Positions 17,284 to 23,698 of a stretch of 23,698 nt of DNA are shown piece after piece (positions within the stretch are counted from its first letter, which is position 1; each line of letters starts with the position of its first letter). The stretch lies in the NCBI GenBank assembly GCA_938091905.1, contig CALKOM010000201.1, forward strand, positions 1 through 23,698, read 5' to 3'. Made by a program: the position numbers and the translations under genes. Below the pieces are notes generated by a model, which was not told the origin of the DNA, did not search any database, and saw nothing but the letters and a program-made list of their open reading frames with translations. Source of the DNA: an uncultured Verrucomicrobiales bacterium. GTDB taxonomy: Bacteria; Verrucomicrobiota; Verrucomicrobiia; Verrucomicrobiales; DEV007.

Positions 17284-18399
17284 ATGACCCGTTGGTCCCT
17301 CATTCTCTTCGCCCTAGTAATCAAATCCTCGCTCATCGCACAGGATAGTGGCTTTCGTGAGGCGAAGCCAAACTATGACTATCAGTTTCCCAGAGATCAC
17401 GGTAGTCACCCAGACTTCAAATTGGAGTGGTGGTACCTTACTGGCCACCTTCAATCCACCGACACCGGGAGGCGATTCGGTTTTCATGCAACGTTCTTCC
17501 GCACCGCAATTTCGACCGCTCCGCCGAAGTCAATGTTCTTTGACACGACTCAAGGATTCCTGGCTCACATGGCCTTGCTTGATGTTGAAACCGGCAAACT
17601 CCATGTGGAAGAACGGCTGAACCGCCAGGGATGGGACGCTCGCGCATCGACCAAGGATCTCGATGTGCACAACGGTAATTGGATTTTGAAACGAACCCCA
17701 TCTGATGCCCATGCCGAATCGATGACTATCCAATCGTCCATTCGTTCTGACGCCCGCATTAAACTCACATTCACCCCATCAAAGCCCAAGGTTATCTTCG
17801 GCCGAAACGGCATCTCCCGGAAGTCGGCAACAAGTAACGCTGCTAGCCACTACATCACCTTCACACGGCTTCGCACGGGTGGGACCTTAGAGTTGTTAGG
17901 TGAAACGTTCTCAGTTGAGGGCGAAACGTGGATGGATCACGAGTTCAGTAGCAGCCAACTAGGTGAAGACCAAACAGGCTGGGACTGGGCTAGCATCCGC
18001 CTGAACGACGGGCGGGACATCATGCTCTACCGCTTGCGCCAACGTTCTGGCAATGTTGATCCGTTTTCTCAGCTCACCTGGGTAGATCGGGATGCACAAC
18101 AGACTCGATTCGAGCCAGAGCAGTGGAGCTGGAAGGCACGAAGACAGTGGACGAGCCCGCATACGAATGCGATTTATCCTATCGACATTGACGTCGAGAC
18201 GATCGATCCAGAAACCGAAAAAACAAGGCGCCTACGCCTCCGGCCATTAGTCGATGACCAAGAGATCGTAGGCAAACTAGACGCACTTTCTTACTGGGAG
18301 GGAGCGTGTGATGTGCTCGACGAGTCCGATGTCGTGATTGGCCAAGCCTACGTAGAGCTAGCTGGCTACGACGGCCGCCTAACAGAGAGACTTCGTTAA
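17284..18399 (+). CDS. Secreted lipocalin-like protein, AttH/CrtC (carotenoid 1,2-hydratase-like) family
   Basis: Signal-peptide-like N-terminus from ATG 17284. Motifs FPRDHGSHPDFKLEWWYLTG, WMDHEFSS, GWDW, WTSP, YWEG and YVELAGY. Confidence 0.88.
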   Translation: MTRWSLILFALVIKSSLIAQDSGFREAKPNYDYQFPRDHGSHPDFKLEWWYLTGHLQSTDTGRRFGFHATFFRTAISTAPPKSMFFDTTQGFLAHMALLDVETGKLHVEERLNRQGWDARASTKDLDVHNGNWILKRTPSDAHAESMTIQSSIRSDARIKLTFTPSKPKVIFGRNGISRKSATSNAASHYITFTRLRTGGTLELLGETFSVEGETWMDHEFSSSQLGEDQTGWDWASIRLNDGRDIMLYRLRQRSGNVDPFSQLTWVDRDAQQTRFEPEQWSWKARRQWTSPHTNAIYPIDIDVETIDPETEKTRRLRLRPLVDDQEIVGKLDALSYWEGACDVLDESDVVIGQAYVELAGYDGRLTERLR

Positions 18400-19373
18400 C
18401 CTGGTTTGTAGTCCCTCGTCGCTTCGGGATCATCCGTTGAAAATGGCACTTTGGCCACTTCCTCCCAAACCTCTTCAGGAATATCCCATTCAGCCCAGGT
18501 ATGAGTTTGTTCGATGCGGCTTGCCTTACTCACGCCGCAGACGGTCGATGCCACCCGTGGATCTCTCATGGAGAATTGCAAGGCGATGGCTCCAAGAGGG
18601 ACTTCGTAGCGAGTCGAGATCGATTCAAACTGGCGAATAGAGTCTAACGTTTCGCCATCCGCTTCTTGATAGACATAACGAGGATACTTGCTCCCACCTT
18701 TCGCGAGCACACCACCGGCGTAAGGCGCAGCATTGAGCACACTGATACCTCGTTCCACCGCGAGGTTCATCAGCGGTTCTGCATTGCGATTGGTCAGCAT
18801 GAAACGGTTGTGAGTGATCAACACATCGAAATCCCATTCTCGCACGAGCGGAATCATCATGTCCGTCGGCCCTGCCGCAATTCCCACCGCATCGGTGAGC
18901 CCCTCTTCTTTCATCTTGAAGAGTTCTGCCAGCGCGCCGTTCGGTCCAACAGTCTTGTCATAAGACGCCGCATGCTCAGGGTCGTGAAGTTGAAGGATAG
19001 GCACACGATCAACTCCCAGCGCTGTTAGACTTTGTTCCAATGACCGTCTCGCCTGACTTGCATCAAAGGCACCCGTCTCGAGGTTGCGATCGATCTTCGT
19101 AGCAAGGACAAAGCCATCAGGAACACCACCAAGCTCACGAATCACCTTACCGATCCGCTCTTCGCTTCGCCCCTGTCCGTACAAACGCGCGGAATCCAGG
19201 AATCCCGCAGGGCTGGCAAAGATCGCACGGACCGTTTCCAAGCCACGCTCTTCGTCGACCGAGTAACCGTAGGTGTCCGGCATGTTGCCAAGTCCACTTG
19301 TTCCAAAGCAAAGAGGCCCTACTGAAACCGAGCTATGGCCAATTTGTATGCGTTTGTTAGAAAAACTATTCAT
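18396..19373 (-). CDS. Aldo/keto reductase
   Basis: FGTSGLG, LDSARLYG, LATK and LHD supply the D-Y-K-H tetrad. Also SLTALGVD and ALQF. Confidence 0.93.
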   Translation of the reverse strand: MNSFSNKRIQIGHSSVSVGPLCFGTSGLGNMPDTYGYSVDEERGLETVRAIFASPAGFLDSARLYGQGRSEERIGKVIRELGGVPDGFVLATKIDRNLETGAFDASQARRSLEQSLTALGVDRVPILQLHDPEHAASYDKTVGPNGALAELFKMKEEGLTDAVGIAAGPTDMMIPLVREWDFDVLITHNRFMLTNRNAEPLMNLAVERGISVLNAAPYAGGVLAKGGSKYPRYVYQEADGETLDSIRQFESISTRYEVPLGAIALQFSMRDPRVASTVCGVSKASRIEQTHTWAEWDIPEEVWEEVAKVPFSTDDPEATRDYKPG

Positions 19374-19854
19374 AAGAAGCTGCCTAAGCTTCTACAAATC
19401 TTCACCGACACGCTCAAAGTATTTCTCGATCGCTTTGCGATATCTTTCGGGTGGAGTCGTCCCGCGCTTCTGGAGGAGGTCTTCCTTGAGTTCAGAGGGC
19501 ACCAAATTCAAATCTTCACCTTCTCCAACATCACCTGGATCTCCCAGGGTCGGTTTAGCCTCGCCTTTAGCGCCTTTCTCAAACTTCGGACTCGGCGCTC
19601 CCCCCTATGAACCCCCACCACTATCGCCTTGAGAATTGGGCTGCGATGGCGTGAGCTCACCTGGTGGACTTTGGTTAGGATCTTGTTGAGTTGGCGGCTC
19701 AAGAATTGGAGGTTGCTCAGGGGTTGGAAGTTGCTCAGGTCTCTCCAGCTCAGACGTCTTCTGGCTCGAAGGTGATGGCTGACCGCTACCGCCCCCTGCC
19801 CGCCATTACTCCCCAGCTGCACACGGACGCTTTGCGAAGTAGAAACAGTCTGCT

Positions 19855-20000
19855 GCCCGGGTTGTTGACCCTGCAGCCCTTTTTGACCCTGGCCTTGCTG
19901 CCCCTGCTGGCCTTGTTGCCCCTGCTGGCCTTGTTGCCACTGCTGACCTTGCTGACCCGGTTGTTGGCCTCGCTGACTCGGTTGTTGGCTTTGCTGCCCT
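19855..20000 (-). repeat. GQQ-coding low-complexity tandem repeat
   Basis: 9/18-nt periodic (CC)TGCTGGCCTTGTTGCC units encoding QQGQQGQQG. Confidence 0.85.
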
Positions 20001-20094
20001 GCCCCTTCCGTCGGCATCACTCCGTCTCCGGATCCTCTTATTAAGCCATCTCCAATCCCAGGAATCGGCTGCTGACCTACCTGCGGCAATTGTC

Positions 20095-20192
20095 CTTGGT
20101 TAGACTGCTGTTCTTGATTCGGTTGCTGACCTTCGTTCGGCTGCTGTCCTTGGTTCGGCTGCTGTTCTTGGCTAGGCTGCTGTTCTTGGTTG
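20095..20192 (-). repeat. 18-bp tandem repeat encoding QQPNQ(E/G)
   Basis: About five degenerate units: QQPSQE QQPNQG QQPNEG QQPNQE QQSNQG. Confidence 0.8.
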
Positions 20193-21924
20193 CCTGCTGT
20201 TGGCGGAAAACTTGGCGATGGTGTCACCGTTGGCAAGCCCTGCACGCCTGCTGGAACCCCAGCAGGACGCAGCGCTACATCCCCAGGCTGAGAAGCTTCA
20301 CCGTTTTGAGCAACCTGCCCGGGGACAGAAGCTTGTGCTGCCGGGGCTTCCACCTGAGTGGGAGCATCCTCCTGATTCGCTGTTGAGGCTGTACCCACGT
20401 TGGGAGCGACTTCTCGATTGTCGGTCACACGAACTGTGTAGGTTACCTCAGCGTCATCCTTTAGATTGAGCTCACTGAGATCCACTTCGCCTTGGGCTTG
20501 CACCGCAGTTGAATTCTGCTGATCTCCGAGATCAATAGGCACGGTCTGCACCAGCTCAGACTGTTGTCCAGGCCCTGCCACACTTACTAGCAGTTCAGCC
20601 TCCTTGACGCCAAAGTCATCCCTAGCCTCGAAAGGAACCGTAATCGTTTCAGTGCCGTCGTAGACTTTCTTCTCATCGCCTTTTAATCTGTTTGGCTCTA
20701 TAAAAGACACTTTTGGAAGCATATCCGCATAAACGTAGATTGAAGCCCGAGGCGGAGTCTTGTTAGCCAGCCCATCGAGATCTGCCAACTGCACCTCGCA
20801 ATGCATCGTCTCGGAAAGCGTCGTCGTGAATTGATAAGCCTGGTCAGAGAGCGCACCAGGAACCAGCGCTCCCTGGTGAAAGGCCAGCTGAGCATGATCC
20901 AAGAGACGATCAGAGGTGAACGAAAGTGTGTAAGCACTTCCCACTATCGCACTAATTTGCCTGGGAAGCGTGTCCTACTCGACCAAAGGAAGCTTGGTGT
21001 AGGCTGGTGGAGTGATCTTGATAGAAATTCCCGTAATTCGCGGACGCTGAACAGCACGCACTTGATGCCACGGCGTTTGGCCATCACCTGCTCGAAAGCG
21101 GTAACGGAAATCGCGCCGCACGCTGGGAAGTTCATGCACGAAACGACCATCCGGCTGCCGTGGCAATGCCACACGTCTGAGAGTCTCTTCTGTCTCCTCC
21201 ATCCAAAGGATCGCTTCATCCACTCCACGCCCTGACTGAGAAGCTGAAATTTGCGCAGGCTCATCCTTTGGAGTGACCAAGTCGCCACGGTCCGCAGAAC
21301 CCTTAGCCAAGCTGATACTAGATCCAGCTGCAAAGAGACGTTGCAAGAGGACCATGGAACGCTCGTGATCTGAGAAGAATAATACCACACCCAAAGCCGT
21401 AGTGACAGACACTGCCACCAGCGCCCGCTTGAGGTGCTGTCGCGAAACGACTTTCCTTGCCTCTACGTGGGGAGCAAGGTCTTCAGCTTCTTCACAGACC
21501 TGACCAATCAACTCTGGCGAGCCTAACAACGCCGCATCATCCTGACTCTGGGTCAGGGCAGTTACGATCGACCACCTCTCCTCCATATCCGGCACGACTT
21601 AATCTACAGTCTGAGCAAGTGAGCCTAACTGAATCCGCTTTAAGAGCGGCCGGACTCCCCACATGGCCAAAGCGATTGCGACAAGAACAAACATCGCGGC
21701 AGTCAACCCCCAACCAGCAGCTGGACTAAAGAGCACGAGAATGGCGTCAAGAGCCATAGCTACAGCAAAGAGCACAACGATGAACGCCAACACCTTGAAG
21801 CCCACCGTTACAAATTGCACTCGTCTCTCCGTACGCCTGACCGCCCCGAGTTTGCGTAGAATCGCTTTGGGAACCTGTCTAATCGCTTCGTTAGAGTTGT
21901 CCATGACGCATTAGAATTAGATGA

Positions 21925-23258
21925 CTATACAAGACCAAAGGCCTTTCGGCCAGTAACAGAATGAGAATTAGCCATACGAGAAGCCAGCGATTCCACAGCG
22001 GCTGTCGGCTGACGTTCTCAGAGTTAATGGCTTCAAGATTCAGCTTGGTCAGAGCATCCTCGACGCCAGCAGGGCCTGCCACCACCCCGCCCGAAGCACC
22101 AGCAATATTACGCAGAAGCGCCGCGTCGGCCAAGGGCACGCTGAGTTCAGCGGAATCATGCGGATCTACTGAAAGATCCAGAACGATCGGGTCGTCGTAA
22201 TTCTCCTCTTCTAACAAGCGCGCGATACTCGCGCCACGAGCCTCCACTCGGATCTTCCCAGGGGGCAATCCTGTGAGGTTCGCCCGATAGACTCCCAATG
22301 CTCCTCGTTCAGGCAGGAAAGGCACCGTTTGGATCAGCTCATCATTGCTACGAACGAGCAATTCGGACTCGGCTTTACCCACCGGCAATCCATTCACCTC
22401 ACTTAATCGCAACCGCACATTCACATCGGAGTAATGCGGATAGCGGGTCTTGTCCGTCATCAACTTCACCGTACGCGATCCGCCCCAAGATCTCTCGCAA
22501 TCGCCCATCTAAAAAGCTGTCCCCAGAATCGATGATGATACTCGTCCCCCTTCTGATAGCGCAGTTGATAGGCAACTGGGGCTGACAAATACACTACCCT
22601 CCCCTTCCTGACATACTGCCAAGACAAATACGAAAGCGCTTGGCGAGTTTGACGCCCCACATCCGCTTGAATCAGAACATGAGCCGTCGGCTTTGGAATC
22701 GAGTATGGCGACAAGTCATAGACAGGCAACTTGGCGCTCACTTTTTCCCACACGCTTAAGCTCGTGATTTCATCTCCAGCCACAAGCACTGGTGGCGCAT
22801 TGGCACCCTCGGCGGTCACGGTCAGTTCGTAGCCTGACTTGGCCGCGGTAGCTCGCTGATTCCTGACCGGAAACAGTTCGGCTAGCGGCGTCTTGAAGAA
22901 GTCTCCCGGCATCGACTCGCCCACAATGACAATTAAGTTTCCCCCGGCCTCAATCACCCAACGTCGCAGAAGCTCCTGATGGGCTGGCGTGAGTTCATTC
23001 TCTGTGAGATCACCAAGGAGCGCCACACGATAGCGGCACCATTCCTCTAGGCTCTCAGGCAGGCTCTCTTCCTCTACCTTGCGAGTTCGGTTCCGATAGG
23101 CGTGATCTGGATTAAATAGAATCGAATCCATCTGCATCTTCTTGTCACGTTGGAGAATAGATTTGAGATAGCCAAACTCCCAACGCGGCAAGCGCTCAGC
23201 GAGCAACACCCGAATCTCGTCATCAATCACATTCACCTTAACGCTCTCATCATTGTTA
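21925..23258 (-). pseudogene. 3' part of a large PVC-type protein with GATase1-like (DUF1355-like) domain, IS-interrupted and frameshifted
   Basis: IRVLLAERLPRWEFGYLKSILQRD...LLGD...WVIEAGGNLIVIVG...GRVVYL...HHRFWGQLFRWA. A 1-nt frameshift at the C4 run 22483-22486 joins ORFs 22466-23236 and 21891-22508. Ends with PLWN plus a TM helix; probable original stop TAG at 21925. Confidence 0.8.
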
Positions 23259-23698
23259 TTAATTCGACTAACAAATACATGAACTTTTATTGAACCCTAG
23301 GGTTCGAGGTAATGTGAAAAGAGATGGTAGAAAGCTATCGAGTGCTGAGCAATTGTTGCAGCGTCAGAATGCGGTGAACATGTTCTTTGAAGAGGGCTAT
23401 TCCAAAACTGATATTGCTCTCGCCCTCGGCGCTTCAAGGCAGAATGTATGTCGTTGGTGCGACCTTTACGAAGAAGGAAGCCCAGATGCGCTTCAGTTGG
23501 GAAGGCGTGGGCAGCGACCAGGAGAGCAGGCAAAGCTGTCGTGGACGCAATGTGGGGACGTAGTGACGATTATCCGAGAGAAAACGCCGGACCAATTACG
23601 GATGCCGTTTGTCTTGTGGACGGCTGCAGCAGTCAGGGATCTCATTCAGAGAAAATTCAAGATCACCTTTCATATTCGCACGGTGAGGAAGTATTTGA
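23259..23698 (+). mobile_element. IS630-family insertion sequence (left part)
   Basis: The host reading frame breaks at a TA (23257-23258), followed by AT-rich TTAATTCGACTAACAAATA and a transposase ORF. The exact end is inferred from the IS630 TA target rule. Confidence 0.82.
23314..23698 (+). CDS. IS630-family transposase, N-terminal HTH region (3'-partial)
   Basis: GAGGT RBS plus GTG. Reads MKRDGRKLS...IALALGASRQNVCRW...KTPDQLRMPFVLWTAAAVRDLIQRKFKITFHIRTVRKYL. Open to the window end, so absent from the ORF track. Confidence 0.92.
   Translation, partial: MKRDGRKLSSAEQLLQRQNAVNMFFEEGYSKTDIALALGASRQNVCRWCDLYEEGSPDALQLGRRGQRPGEQAKLSWTQCGDVVTIIREKTPDQLRMPFVLWTAAAVRDLIQRKFKITFHIRTVRKYL

Larger units (their letters stand above)
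19392..21904 (-). pseudogene. Large membrane-anchored DUF4175-like protein with Q/G/P-rich tail, multiply disrupted
   Basis: ORFs 21599-21904, 20975-21595 and 19508-20944 share one frame and are split by TAA (21599) and TAG (20975). A frameshift near the C5 run at 19792-19796 and a further TAG (19605) lead to ...PPERYRKAIEKYFERVGEDL* (stop 19392). Motifs EERWS, YRFRAGD, ITPPAYT and ARDDFGV. Confidence 0.85.

Noticed and set aside
19782..19793. GGCGGTAG ops-like sequence
   Set aside because: Inside a coding region, far from polysaccharide genes, and lacks the rest of the ops consensus.
19691..20469. Leu-rich plus-strand ORFs
   Set aside because: Antisense shadows of the Gln-rich repeats.
19392..21904. 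Stop-codon reassignment or readthrough explaining in-frame TAA/TAG (and TGA at 7411)
   Set aside because: All three stop codons end intact genes elsewhere in the window, and the affected genes also carry frameshifts or truncations. Single-base nonsense mutations suffice.

Overview
Bacterial chromosomal window, probably Verrucomicrobiota (inferred from protein architectures, not from a marker gene). It has three zones. (1) 1-7700 is a collapsed surface-polysaccharide locus: an intact wzc/GumC tyrosine kinase, a galE 3' fragment and a frameshifted, truncated wzm. A co-oriented stack of toxin-antitoxin (TA) modules lies between wzc and these remnants, and all three stacked toxins are broken. Upstream of wzc are an ISKra4 remnant, a 79-bp IS3-type miniature element and a fragment of a secreted-protein gene. 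(2) 7790-19373 holds intact genes: a 1511-aa multidomain zinc metallopeptidase, an OlsF-like bifunctional acyltransferase, a hypothetical protein, cca, a pilD-like prepilin peptidase, an AttH/CrtC-like lipocalin and an aldo-keto reductase. (3) 19392-23698 holds two large co-oriented pseudogenes of the PVC vWA/GATase-like plus DUF4175-like type, the upstream one interrupted by an IS630 element that runs off the window. Several features missing from the ORF track were found by manual translation: the galE fragment, DUF5615 toxin, DUF6036 fragment, true wzm start and IS630 transposase. The best leads for new biology are a ~195-aa Wzc N-terminal extension with three P(D/E)LMTM(K/R)(I/V)KVP motifs resembling FHA-ligand phosphothreonine sites, and a CTAG-rich repeat exactly at a TA cassette breakpoint. 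Both remain hypotheses. Family names come from motif recognition, not database searches.
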